Shown here: one piece after another, positions 1-8,467 of the stretch
Layout: the number at the start of each line of letters is the position of its first letter
Position numbering within the stretch: position 1 is the first letter of the stretch
Assembly: GCA_964403465.1 (NCBI GenBank)
Contig: CAYOFY010000006.1
Coordinates: 1 to 42,078, forward strand
Source of the DNA: an uncultured bacterium
GTDB lineage: Bacteria; Ratteibacteria; UBA8468; B48-G9; JAFGKM01
Reading direction: 5' to 3'
Length of the DNA stretch: 42,078 nucleotides
Program-made: the position numbers and the translations under genes
The notes under the pieces: generated by a model
What the model saw: the letters and a program-made list of their open reading frames with translations, nothing else
What the model was told of the DNA's origin: nothing
The model's database searches: none

Positions 1-101
1 TTATTGGAGATAATCACTGCCGGTCTCGTCTTTCCTATCTCATGCCCTTTTACCGGCTCCAGAGCAACCAGCCAGATTTCTCCTCTATGCGGAAAGTCCA
101 T
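1..101 (-). CDS. mazF: MazF/PemK-family toxin (endoribonuclease), N-terminal part only, truncated by window edge
   Basis: Manual translation from ATG at 101 gives MDFPHRGEIWLVALEPVKGHEIGKTRPAVIISN, the RGEIW...P..G.E..K.RPA(V/L)I(I/V)SN PemK/MazF signature. It lies 3 nt downstream of an antitoxin-like ORF and is not in the ORF track. Confidence 0.9.
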   Translation of the reverse strand, partial: MDFPHRGEIWLVALEPVKGHEIGKTRPAVIISN

Positions 102-104
102 TAT

Positions 105-323
105 TTATTTCCATCCTTCCATGGTAATATCTTCCCATTCCTTGTTGATTTCTTTATCTTCCTGTCTCTTGGCTTTGTAACCCTCCTGCAGTTCTTTAAT
201 GAGAGTCAACCGTTTTTCTTTCTTTATTTTTTCTTTCAAAGCTTCAGCTATATAATTGCTTTTGTTGGGGATTTTTTTCAGATCTTTCTCCAGATTGTCC
301 GGTAATGTAATGTTCAAACGCAT
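105..323 (-). CDS. Ribbon-helix-helix (CopG/MazE-EndoAI-like) antitoxin
   Basis: MRLNITLPDNL...KSNYIAEAL RHH pattern and acidic C-terminus (LQEGYKA...EWE). GGAGGTGA RBS precedes the ATG at 323, and the gene is directly upstream of mazF. Confidence 0.85.
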   Translation of the reverse strand: MRLNITLPDNLEKDLKKIPNKSNYIAEALKEKIKKEKRLTLIKELQEGYKAKRQEDKEINKEWEDITMEGWK

Positions 324-335
324 GTGTATCACCTC

Positions 336-371
336 CTGTATATATTATACAGCAAAAACCTGTATTGTCAA
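336..371 (-). promoter_or_regulatory. Sigma70 promoter of the TA operon with overlapping palindromic operator
   Basis: TTGACA (371-366), 16-nt spacer, TATAAT (349-344). Inverted repeat CTGTATA-N3-TATACAG (336-352) covers the -10 element and predicted start site. Confidence 0.7.
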
Positions 372-412
372 TACCTATTAAAATATCCCGAGAAGTTCTT
401 GTTGTTTTTCTC

Positions 413-1681
413 TTAATCATGGACGGAGTCCTCTAAAAGGTATTTCCAGAGGGGGAGGTATTTTATTTTTCCTGAGGCGCCGAACCATTGTTTTTCCTCT
501 TCGCCTTCGTAGTCCTCGTTGATTATCAGCAGGTTGTCGCATTTCAGTTCCTGGCTGGCCTTGATGAGTGATTTTTCCTCCCTCTCCCTCGTTTTTATAT
601 CGTTCAGGTTATAACATACCTGTATTAACCGGGTAATCTCTGTTCCCTCTTTCAGGACGAAATCCACCTCCTGCTGGAGAGGATGCTTCCAGTAATAGAC
701 CCTGGCCCCTCCGTCCAGTTCGTTCTTCTTCAGTTTCACAGCAACCGCATTTTCGTAAAGACATCCTGTGTCGTTGCCTGTCTTGAATCCCTTCGCATGG
801 ATGAAACCGTTGTCTATGCAGTAGATCTTCTTGTTTGAACTGACCTGTTCCTGCAGTTTGGAAGAAAATTTGTGCACCCTGAAGAAGATAAAGGATTCCT
901 CAAGATAGTTCAGGTATTTTTCAATCGTGTGGACGCTCCTGCAACGGGTTATCCTGCTCAGCGTGTTATAGGAGAACTCCCTTGCGGTGTTTGAAACCAG
1001 ATAGACTGCAAGGTTTTCTATTGTCGGTATCAACCGTATATTGAACCTTCTGACGATGTCCTTGTAGATGATGGAGTTGAAGAGCGTGGAGAGGTATTCC
1101 CTGTGGTCTATCTTCTTTGTCCATGGCTCGGGATAACCGCCGTATGTCAGGTATTCAAGAAGTTTGTTCTTGATCTCCTGCGTGGTGAGTTGGGCCGGGT
1201 CGTTCTCCAGTCTCAGAAATTCAGCGAATGAGAAAGGGAAAATATTGACAAGAAGATGCCTGCCGGTCAGGTGCGGGGAGAGTTCACTGCTTAGGAGGTT
1301 GGAGTTGCTGCCGGTGATGACCATATTGAAGCCCTGCCTCTGTAAACGGTTGATGAACAGCTCCCATCTTGCGAGGTTCTGGATTTCATCAAAAAAAAGA
1401 TATTTCGGGTTATTGTAGAGAGAATTGAGCGTAGAGACTATCTCGTCGTAGTCTTTTGTCTCTATGAGTTTTTCATCGTCAAAATTCGCGTAGCCGAAAT
1501 TTCCGGTCTTGTTGAGGATGTTGAAGCCGAGAAAGGATTTGCCTGCCCTGCGCGGACCTATTATCACCTTCACAAGGTCGTTGGCAAGAAACCTGTTGAA
1601 ATCAATGTTCCTTTCAACAAACTTTTCCCTTCCCCTCTTTTCCAGTTCCCTTTTCTGAAGGAGCAGTATGTCTCTTATCAT
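413..1681 (-). CDS. AAA+ ATPase, AAA_14 + DUF4143 family
   Basis: Walker A GPRRAGKS, Walker B FFDEIQ, ITGSNS, LTGR, GGYPE, KKIYCIDNG and C-terminal EVDFV...IQV (PD-(D/E)xK-like). Confidence 0.9.
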   Translation of the reverse strand: MIRDILLLQKRELEKRGREKFVERNIDFNRFLANDLVKVIIGPRRAGKSFLGFNILNKTGNFGYANFDDEKLIETKDYDEIVSTLNSLYNNPKYLFFDEIQNLARWELFINRLQRQGFNMVITGSNSNLLSSELSPHLTGRHLLVNIFPFSFAEFLRLENDPAQLTTQEIKNKLLEYLTYGGYPEPWTKKIDHREYLSTLFNSIIYKDIVRRFNIRLIPTIENLAVYLVSNTAREFSYNTLSRITRCRSVHTIEKYLNYLEESFIFFRVHKFSSKLQEQVSSNKKIYCIDNGFIHAKGFKTGNDTGCLYENAVAVKLKKNELDGGARVYYWKHPLQQEVDFVLKEGTEITRLIQVCYNLNDIKTREREEKSLIKASQELKCDNLLIINEDYEGEEEKQWFGASGKIKYLPLWKYLLEDSVHD

Positions 1682-1703
1682 AATTGCTCTGTTTTGTTAT
1701 GTG

Positions 1704-1763
1704 TAATGCACGAAAATATAAACTTTCTTGCATTAATATACCTGTTTATCACAATTCTGTCAA
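1704..1763 (-). promoter_or_regulatory. Sigma70 promoter for the AAA ATPase with a downstream inverted repeat
   Basis: TTGACA (1763-1758), 17-nt spacer, TATATT (1740-1735). TAATGCA...TGCATTA inverted repeat at 1704-1735. Confidence 0.55.
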
Positions 1764-2887
1764 GGCGTGATACTTTTTGCCAGGTGCAGGACGGATTTGC
1801 GGACTTCGGGGGAAAGTCCTTCCCCGAAGGCGGTGGTTCTTGGCTGGATGCCTATGACCGTGCATTCAGCGGCTGTCTCCGAGCATATGTGCCGGATAAT
1901 GAGGCGAAGGGAGAAGGTGTGGGTGGAAGAGGTTGTCTCCGCAATTTCATCACGCTCCATTATCTTGATATCGCCGGGTTTTCCTCCAAAATCAACAGCG
2001 TCAATTATGACCACGGTATCCGGCCTGAATTTTTCAATAACTCCGAGATAGTTTTCAATCGCATTCTCCGCATTGATTACCTTGACGGAGCTCTTGTATA
2101 TTCTCTTCTGGAGTATCTCTGCGGACAGGCACCCTGCGCCGTCGTCCCCTTTCATCCTGTCGCCCATCCCCACAATCACTACCCTGCCTTTAAATTCAAT
2201 GCAGGAAAGGTCGGGGAATTGCGATACGGAGGCGAGCAGTGTGGAGGAAATATAGTCAAGCCAGTCTTTGAATCCATCCCCTGTTTTTGCGGAGAGAACC
2301 ATCAGTTTTGTATCCGGAGCGACGTTCTTAAGGTTTCCGGTGAAATTTGCGATGCTGAAATCCGTATGGGGGACCAGGTCTGCCTTGTTCAGCAGGCATG
2401 CGGCCGATATCCTGAACATCAGCGGGTATTTTAATGGTTTATCTTCGCCTTCCGGAATGCTTGAGATGATGACGTTCACATCCGTGCCTATGTCAAACTC
2501 CGCGGGGCATACCAGATTGCCTACGTTCTCCACGAAAAGGATATCCATATCCTCAAGGGGAAGGTGTTCAAGGCCTTTCGCCACCATATTCGCGTCAAGG
2601 TGGCATGCGCCGCCCGTGTTTATCTGAACAACGGGGATTCCCAGTCTGTCCAGCCGCTCCCCGTCCAGGCTGCCCTGTATGTCCCCTTCTATTACTGCAA
2701 AGGAAAACTCTTTCTGAAGTTTTTCTATGGTTTTTTCAAGAATGGTTGTCTTCCCCGAACCTGGAGAACCCATTATATTCAGGGCAAAGACCCCGTGTTT
2801 TTTCAGCAGTACGCGGTTTTTCCCTGCAATCCTGTCGTTCTCTTCAAAGATGCTCGCCCCGACCTCTATCGTCTTAATTTTTTTCAT
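1760..2887 (-). CDS. hypB: Fusion of hydrogenase nickel-insertion GTPase HypB and hydrogenase maturation endopeptidase (HycI-like)
   Basis: N-terminal ~215 aa: GSPGSGKTT, IEGD, GGACHLDA, ENVGNLVCPAEF, KPLKYP, NKAD, SAKTG. C-terminal ~140 aa: VIVGMGDRMKGDDGAG, VIIDAVD, STH, IGIQP, GEGLSPEV. One uninterrupted frame. Confidence 0.9.
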   Translation of the reverse strand: MKKIKTIEVGASIFEENDRIAGKNRVLLKKHGVFALNIMGSPGSGKTTILEKTIEKLQKEFSFAVIEGDIQGSLDGERLDRLGIPVVQINTGGACHLDANMVAKGLEHLPLEDMDILFVENVGNLVCPAEFDIGTDVNVIISSIPEGEDKPLKYPLMFRISAACLLNKADLVPHTDFSIANFTGNLKNVAPDTKLMVLSAKTGDGFKDWLDYISSTLLASVSQFPDLSCIEFKGRVVIVGMGDRMKGDDGAGCLSAEILQKRIYKSSVKVINAENAIENYLGVIEKFRPDTVVIIDAVDFGGKPGDIKIMERDEIAETTSSTHTFSLRLIIRHICSETAAECTVIGIQPRTTAFGEGLSPEVRKSVLHLAKSITP

Positions 2888-2910
2888 TTACCCCGCTTGC
2901 CCCGTATATT

Positions 2911-3615
2911 TTATTTACGGGGAATTCTCCTTTGATAATCCTTCATTATGAAGGGTTTTGTTTTCCCCATCTCCATCCGCAGGATTTTAAACCCGTTTTT
3001 CAAATAATACTGCCGTTTTTCCGCTTCTATTAGGGGAAACAGCTTTGTCTTGAAATCTTTTTCAATCAAGGAATCCAGTTTTGTTTCAATCCTTTTTAAT
3101 ACCGCTTCCGAGCTGTTTAATGATAAACCCTTTTTAAGCAGGAATTCAATATCAAAAGCGTCTCTTATTTCGCCTCTGTCCAGGAAAGCCTCAATTTTTG
3201 AGGACATCATGTCTTTAAGCGTAAAAGCGTTCAGGAGTACCTGGATGTCGGAGTAGGGGGAGTATGCTATTGTCTGCTCTGCGGAAAATGCTCCGCCCGT
3301 TTTCCTTATCTCTATCTTCAGCCCTCTCCTGTACCTGTCCGAGCCAATCTCGTACAGCAGTGTATTGAATTTATCCGCGGAGTCCTTAATCCTGTAGGTT
3401 TCTCCAAGAAAATTTTTTATGCCGGTGAACAGCTCTTTTGCGGCGACAGATTTTTTCAATATCCTGAAATCAATGTCCACGGAAAACCTGTCCAGACCGT
3501 AACAAAGCCGCATCATGGTTCCGCCGCAAAAGGCCAGGTAAGGCAAAAACCGGCCCGTGTTCAGCCTGTCCAGCACTTCTATTTCGAACCGCTCCTGATT
3601 TATCAGATCGTCCAT
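2911..3615 (-). CDS. abiEii: Type IV TA toxin, AbiEii-family nucleotidyltransferase
   Basis: FCGGT...YGLDRFSVDIDF motif, KIEI, and K..AFLDR...RDAFDI. Confidence 0.88.
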   Translation of the reverse strand: MDDLINQERFEIEVLDRLNTGRFLPYLAFCGGTMMRLCYGLDRFSVDIDFRILKKSVAAKELFTGIKNFLGETYRIKDSADKFNTLLYEIGSDRYRRGLKIEIRKTGGAFSAEQTIAYSPYSDIQVLLNAFTLKDMMSSKIEAFLDRGEIRDAFDIEFLLKKGLSLNSSEAVLKRIETKLDSLIEKDFKTKLFPLIEAEKRQYYLKNGFKILRMEMGKTKPFIMKDYQRRIPRK

Positions 3616-4193
3616 ATTTTTTCAAAGGTTTTTCTTGTTTTAATCGGATACTTGTCAAGCATATCCGTTATCTTTGTTTTCTGCAATTTGCCCAGAGAGA
3701 TTGAAGAGGCGTCAAATTTGTATTTGCCGAAAGAATAAAGGTAGACCGCATCAAGGAAAGCTTTTTCTTTTAAGGCAATGAAGATGCCTTCCTTCTTTTC
3801 AAATCCGAAATACAATGCAGTTTTTATTTTATAGTAATTGAAAACGGCGCTGTCCGCATTGAACTTTCTCGTCCTTTTCAGGGAAACGCTTTCATAGAAA
3901 CTGCGCTGAACCTGCGTTGAGACGTCATAAAATGCAAGTGCGCTCATGCACGATATATAAGAAGGTACCTGCAGGATATTGGCGAGTTTTAAAACATCTT
4001 CGTATTGCAGATTATCCCATTTCTCTCTGATTACGTAAAAATCCCTTTTCAATCTCACGACAAGGCCTTGTTGCTTCATCCTGGAACAAAGCACCCTTGC
4101 CGAAGAGGGATTGATGTTCAGTATTTCAGATATTTCCCCGGCTCTGAAAAATTTCCTGTTTTTCAGGTTGTTTCTTAGTGTGATATAGTTCAT
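3603..4193 (-). CDS. abiEi: Type IV TA antitoxin, AbiEi-family transcriptional regulator
   Basis: N-terminal wHTH (RLKRDFY), PSYISCMSALAFYD and IA..EKAFLDAVYL. Overlaps the abiEii start. Confidence 0.85.
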   Translation of the reverse strand: MNYITLRNNLKNRKFFRAGEISEILNINPSSARVLCSRMKQQGLVVRLKRDFYVIREKWDNLQYEDVLKLANILQVPSYISCMSALAFYDVSTQVQRSFYESVSLKRTRKFNADSAVFNYYKIKTALYFGFEKKEGIFIALKEKAFLDAVYLYSFGKYKFDASSISLGKLQKTKITDMLDKYPIKTRKTFEKIWTI

Positions 4194-4218
4194 TTTGAAA
4201 TGATCTCTAAGAACAGTA

Positions 4219-4264
4219 AATTAACAATTTTGTTAATTATATATCCCCAGAGAATTTTTGTCAA
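4219..4264 (-). promoter_or_regulatory. Perfect-consensus sigma70 promoter with a 9-bp inverted-repeat operator (probable AbiEi autoregulation)
   Basis: TTGACA (4264-4259), 17-nt spacer, TATAAT (4241-4236). AATTAACAA-TT-TTGTTAATT at 4219-4238. Confidence 0.8.
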
Positions 4265-4281
4265 GGGGAGTGCACAAGGAA

Positions 4282-4542
4282 TTATTCAACCTCTATCTCC
4301 ACGTTTTCAAGGATGAATTCCCTGCTTGCCGGGTTATCACTTCGTTCTATATGTATTTCAGCGTTTTTATAGAGAGGGTTTTCCTTCACCATGGAGCGGA
4401 ATACAAAGTTGATGTTTTCCTCGTCAATGCAGCTGCAGGGGTTTACGGTAAGGTTGATTTTCAGAAAGGATTCCGCATGTTTCTCTTTCTGCACCTTCTC
4501 AAGTATTTTCAGCAGGTTTGTTACCACGGAAAGTTCGTGCAT
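4282..4542 (-). CDS. hypA: Hydrogenase nickel chaperone HypA, short form lacking the Zn finger
   Basis: N-terminal MHELS Ni-binding motif and C-terminal EFILENVEIE. Only 86 aa, with no CxxC...CxxC pair. Confidence 0.8.
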   Translation of the reverse strand: MHELSVVTNLLKILEKVQKEKHAESFLKINLTVNPCSCIDEENINFVFRSMVKENPLYKNAEIHIERSDNPASREFILENVEIEVE

Positions 4543-4568
4543 TTTTTACAACCTCACCCGGGTTTTTA

Positions 4569-4919
4569 TTACTCGCCGCTTTCGTCTGAAGGGCGGGGAC
4601 GTGCGGGGTAGATTTTTTCGTCTCCGGGCTTCTGCCAGATTTTTATCCCCGAAATGTCGGATGCCCTGGCGAGAGCGTGGGTGGCAGTCGGGGAATTGAG
4701 GAAAAGGAAGACAAGGCAGACGATGGCTTTAATCCCTACGGCGGAAAATCCCTTCATTACAAATACGCCGAGCAATATACTGCCGGTTCCAAGGGTGACG
4801 CATTTGGTGGCTGCCTGCAGACGGCAATAGACGTCAGGCATTCTTATAAGCCCGATGCACCCCATGAGTATGAAGCACAGTCCTGTTGCCATCAGGATAT
4901 AGACTATGAACTCAATCAT
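4569..4919 (-). CDS. mnhG: Mrp/Mnh antiporter subunit G (MbhC-like)
   Basis: IGLIRMPDVYCRLQAATKCVTLG and P.ATHALARA motifs. Confidence 0.9.
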   Translation of the reverse strand: MIEFIVYILMATGLCFILMGCIGLIRMPDVYCRLQAATKCVTLGTGSILLGVFVMKGFSAVGIKAIVCLVFLFLNSPTATHALARASDISGIKIWQKPGDEKIYPARPRPSDESGE

Positions 4920-5166
4920 CTAAATTCCTCCCTTCCAGGAATTTTGCAAAAGTGATGGTGCTTACGAATCCCAGGATAGACCATGCAATGGCTATGTTCA
5001 TATAGAATTCCGCTCCGGTTGACAATGCGAGCAGGACGCAGAAGATGATTACTATGATGCCGAGAATGTCAATTCCAACCATCCTGTCCGCTGCCCTGGG
5101 CCCCCGAAAAATCCTGTAGATGCACAGAGCGACGCAGAGCGTCAGGAATGAAAATAAGAGAATCAT
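4912..5166 (-). CDS. mnhF: Mrp/Mnh antiporter subunit F (MbhB-like)
   Basis: RIFRGPRAADRMVGID and LGFVSTITFAKFLE; three hydrophobic segments. Confidence 0.9.
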   Translation of the reverse strand: MILLFSFLTLCVALCIYRIFRGPRAADRMVGIDILGIIVIIFCVLLALSTGAEFYMNIAIAWSILGFVSTITFAKFLEGRNLDD

Positions 5167-5648
5167 TCAAATACCTCCTTAAGAATTTTCTGAAGGTTGC
5201 CGCATATTAATTCTTCCGTTCTGGCCGGGTCCTCCGTAACCACGTATATCCAGTGTACATAAAGAAAATCTTCCGTGATGTCCATTGTAAAAGTGCCGGG
5301 AGCGAGCGTAATGGAATTTGCCAGGATGGTCCGGCCCAGGGGAGATTTAAGGTACAGGGGCATTTTCACAACGCCGGGTTTTATGGGAGGACCGGGACTC
5401 AATACCCTGTAAACCATTATGATATTTGCCTTGAACATCTGTTGCAGGAAAACAAAGAAAAATTTAAAGAAAATAACGTATCTCCTGATCTGAAAGGCTT
5501 TTTTAGGATGGTAGGGAAATTCTTTTCCGAATATTGCCGTTACAAAGGCAGATACCACCGCTCCCGCAATAAGATTAGCCGGTTCAAAAGACCATGTTAC
5601 CGCATACCAGACAATGAGGTTGAGGATAAACACAAGCAGATAATTCAT
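5163..5648 (-). CDS. mnhE: Mrp/Mnh antiporter subunit E (MbhA-like)
   Basis: PIKPGVV, LANSITLAPGT and LYVHWI motifs. Confidence 0.9.
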   Translation of the reverse strand: MNYLLVFILNLIVWYAVTWSFEPANLIAGAVVSAFVTAIFGKEFPYHPKKAFQIRRYVIFFKFFFVFLQQMFKANIIMVYRVLSPGPPIKPGVVKMPLYLKSPLGRTILANSITLAPGTFTMDITEDFLYVHWIYVVTEDPARTEELICGNLQKILKEVFE

Positions 5649-5651
5649 TAT

Positions 5652-7130
5652 TTAATCTCCTATCGCTATACTGGTATAAGAAAAATTGCCCATCACATCC
5701 ACGGCTTTATCCATACACGCTTCCCTTATGCCGGGGATAAGAAGGATGCCGGCAAATACCGCCATGAAGGCAAGCACGGTCATGGGAACCAGCATCCCTG
5801 CGGGCGCTTCCTTCTTCACGGCATCCCCTGCCTTGCTGCAGTAAACGGTCCTTTGAAGTTTGAGGAAATAGCCGAGAGTCATTACGGCCACAATAATGCA
5901 TAAGGCCGCTATTCCGGCATACCCCGCCTGTACAGCGGCAAGTATGATAATGAGTTTGCTCCAGAAATTGCCCATCGGAGGAATGCCTGCTATTCCAAGC
6001 ATGCCTGTGCTTGAAAGCAGCGTTGTGTGGGGCATTCGGTCATTCAGTCCATTCAGTTTTTCCGTATCGGTTGTTCCCGTCATGTACTCCACCGCCCCGA
6101 CATTCAAAAAGAGCAGGGACTTGGAAAATGCGTGTGAGATGATATGCATGAGAACCCCGAGATTGCCCAGATAGCCGCCTATTCCCAGGCCTATCGCGCA
6201 GTATCCTATCTGGCTTATGGTTGAATATGCGAAAATCCGTTTTATGTTTTTCTGTCCGTATGCCGCCACGCCGCCCAAAACCATTGAAAGCATTCCGAAA
6301 GTAAGCAGAAGTATCCTCATCTGCGGAATGTCGGTGAATATGTTGGAGGTAAGCCGGATAATGGTATAAAAACCCACCACCTTGATGAACAGCCCTGAAA
6401 GCAATGCCGATACCGGCGCAGGAGCCATTGAGTGGGCGTCCGGTAGCCAGGCATGAAACGGCACAAGGCCTGCCTTAATGGCAAATCCGGAAAGAAAAAG
6501 TCCCACGGTAAACCATAAACGGATCTGCGGTGCGGTGGCTGTCGCATGCAAAAATGCCGGGATGCTGAGGGTTCCCGTGATTCCGTATATCATGGCAATA
6601 GCGAACAGTATAAGGGTGGAGGAGATGAAGCTCATAACGGTATATTTCAAAGATGCCTCAAGTTCTTCCGCTCTCAGCCCGAAAGACACGATAATAAAAG
6701 AAGATATGGAGGCTATTTCAAAAAAGACGAATATGTTGAAGAAATCCATGCTTATGAGAATCCCGTTCATCCCGGCCAGCATGAGCATGAAAAGTATGAA
6801 GAAATAGACCGCACGGTTATATTTTTTCATATAAACTATGGAATATATCACGATGATGAACGCAACGGCGTTTGTCAGCACGAGGAACAGGCAGGAAAGA
6901 GGGTCTGCCATCAACGCTATGCCGAGGGGCTTCGTCCATCCGCCCACAAAGTAGATAATCCTTCCGCCCGCAAAGACTGATATGGACAGCAGGACGGATA
7001 CAACAAGGCTCAGGAACGCAAATGCAGAGGCGGCGATTCCCGCAAGAAAGTCATCCTTGCCGCTGAGCAGCGGCAGAAGAAATGCGGCTCCCAGATAAAT
7101 GACGACAGGGAAAATTATAAGATGGTTCAT
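5652..7130 (-). CDS. mnhD: Antiporter-like proton-conducting membrane subunit, MrpD/MbhH type
   Basis: GGW..PLGI, DFFNIFVFFEI, EASLKY, KAGLVPFHAWLPDAH, KRIFAYSTISQIG and GIPPMGNFWSK. Confidence 0.9.
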   Translation of the reverse strand: MNHLIIFPVVIYLGAAFLLPLLSGKDDFLAGIAASAFAFLSLVVSVLLSISVFAGGRIIYFVGGWTKPLGIALMADPLSCLFLVLTNAVAFIIVIYSIVYMKKYNRAVYFFILFMLMLAGMNGILISMDFFNIFVFFEIASISSFIIVSFGLRAEELEASLKYTVMSFISSTLILFAIAMIYGITGTLSIPAFLHATATAPQIRLWFTVGLFLSGFAIKAGLVPFHAWLPDAHSMAPAPVSALLSGLFIKVVGFYTIIRLTSNIFTDIPQMRILLLTFGMLSMVLGGVAAYGQKNIKRIFAYSTISQIGYCAIGLGIGGYLGNLGVLMHIISHAFSKSLLFLNVGAVEYMTGTTDTEKLNGLNDRMPHTTLLSSTGMLGIAGIPPMGNFWSKLIIILAAVQAGYAGIAALCIIVAVMTLGYFLKLQRTVYCSKAGDAVKKEAPAGMLVPMTVLAFMAVFAGILLIPGIREACMDKAVDVMGNFSYTSIAIGD

Positions 7131-7477
7131 CCCTTCAGCCTCCGTATTTTATCAGTATCAAAAGTGCCGTATTTTTCAAAAATTCTTATTGCAAGAGCGG
7201 CAAGAAAAGCAGCAAAACCCAGGTCTATTACTATTGATGTAAGAACCAGAGCTTGAGGCAGAGGGTCTACGGCTGAGGCCTGAAACTGTTCAAGCGGCAT
7301 ATCCTGTATAATTATGGGTGCAATGCCGTTCCATTTGTATCCCAGGAGAATAAAGAAAAGGTTAAGGGCATATCCCACAATATTCATCCCCACGATTATC
7401 TTGATGATGTTCTTCTTGGCTATCATTCCGTACAGCCCTATGAAAAATATCAGTGCCACAAGCAGGTAGATTATCAT
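7127..7477 (-). CDS. mnhC: Mrp/Mnh antiporter subunit C (MbhG/NuoK-like)
   Basis: IGLYG...KNIIKII, VDPLPQALVLTSIVI and YGT.D...IRRLKG. Start moved to ATG 7477, which has an ATGA overlap and GAGGAG RBS. Confidence 0.88.
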   Translation of the reverse strand: MIIYLLVALIFFIGLYGMIAKKNIIKIIVGMNIVGYALNLFFILLGYKWNGIAPIIIQDMPLEQFQASAVDPLPQALVLTSIVIDLGFAAFLAALAIRIFEKYGTFDTDKIRRLKG

Positions 7478-7944
7478 TTCTCCTCCTCGCTCTGCCTGTA
7501 CTTCACACCCTTCCTTATGTGGACAAGACGTGCCATGGAGAGTGTGACTATGGCGATGAAAAGCGCCGAGCCGACTTTTATCCCTATCATGATATTGCTG
7601 AACAGCAGTGTTCCTCCTCCCCATAGATGGAATAATCTTCCCTTGGGGAGAAGATTGAAGAAAAAAGAGCCGCCTGCAAGCCCGAACAGAGCGATTGAGA
7701 GGAATCCGAGGGCTCCGATGCTGTCAAGGGCTTTTGCTATGCTGCGGGGGAATATCCTTAAGGCATATTCGTGTCCGAAGGCAAGCAGAAGCAGGACGAA
7801 GCCGCCTGTTAAAACAACCCCTCCGGCAAAACCGCCTCCAGGTGTAACATGCCCGTACAGGACAATGGAAATTCCGAAAACCATTATGAATGGGAAGACT
7901 ATCTTGGATACACTCTTGACAATTTCGCTCATTCCCTTATTCAT
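7474..7944 (-). CDS. mnhB: Mrp/Mnh antiporter subunit B (MbhF-like)
   Basis: YGHVTPGGGFAGG and IGIKVG motifs. Confidence 0.9.
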   Translation of the reverse strand: MNKGMSEIVKSVSKIVFPFIMVFGISIVLYGHVTPGGGFAGGVVLTGGFVLLLLAFGHEYALRIFPRSIAKALDSIGALGFLSIALFGLAGGSFFFNLLPKGRLFHLWGGGTLLFSNIMIGIKVGSALFIAIVTLSMARLVHIRKGVKYRQSEEEK

Positions 7945-8467
7945 CTCGTCTCCCCCTGGTTCTCAACAGGACAAGGACGCCGATTATGGCGGTAAAGATA
8001 ACCGTTGCTTCGCCGAGGGTATCGTAACCCCGGAAATCCAGCACTGTCGAGGTGACGGCGTTTGCCGCATGCAGTCTTGTAATGGATGAAGCGAGGTATC
8101 CTGCGCCCATTGTTATCACGGGTTCGCCGAAAGGCCGGAACATCTCCTTGAAATGTATCATGAAGACAAGCAGGAAAACAGCAAAGATTACAAGCGTAAT
8201 TCCCCCGTAAATTCCGGAAGAGGTCATGTCTGCAGCTGATTCCCTGTGTATGATTGACAGAAGCACGACGAGAGCCACGATTTCAACGAACACCTGAACT
8301 ATGGCTATATCCGGCGCGCCGAGCAGCAGGAATAGAATGCTCAATATGAGCCCGGCCGTGCCCATGGACACGATTGAAGATGTCAGGCTTCTTGCCGTGA
8401 TGGCAATCACAGAGCCGGTAGCCATAAGAATCAGCAGTGAAACCAGAAGGGGTGTATTGACCGTCAT
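7937..8467 (-). CDS. MbhD/MbhE-like membrane subunit (DUF4040 + MrpA C-terminal-like region)
   Basis: LGAPDIAIVQ..VE and NAVTS.VLDFRGYDTLGEATV. Start moved to ATG 8467, which has an ATGA overlap and GGAG RBS. Confidence 0.85.
   Translation of the reverse strand: MTVNTPLLVSLLILMATGSVIAITARSLTSSIVSMGTAGLILSILFLLLGAPDIAIVQVFVEIVALVVLLSIIHRESAADMTSSGIYGGITLVIFAVFLLVFMIHFKEMFRPFGEPVITMGAGYLASSITRLHAANAVTSTVLDFRGYDTLGEATVIFTAIIGVLVLLRTRGRRDE

Noticed and set aside
336-352. LexA SOS box upstream of the TA pair
   Set aside because: Spacing is CTG-N11-CAG rather than N10; an antitoxin operator is the simpler reading.
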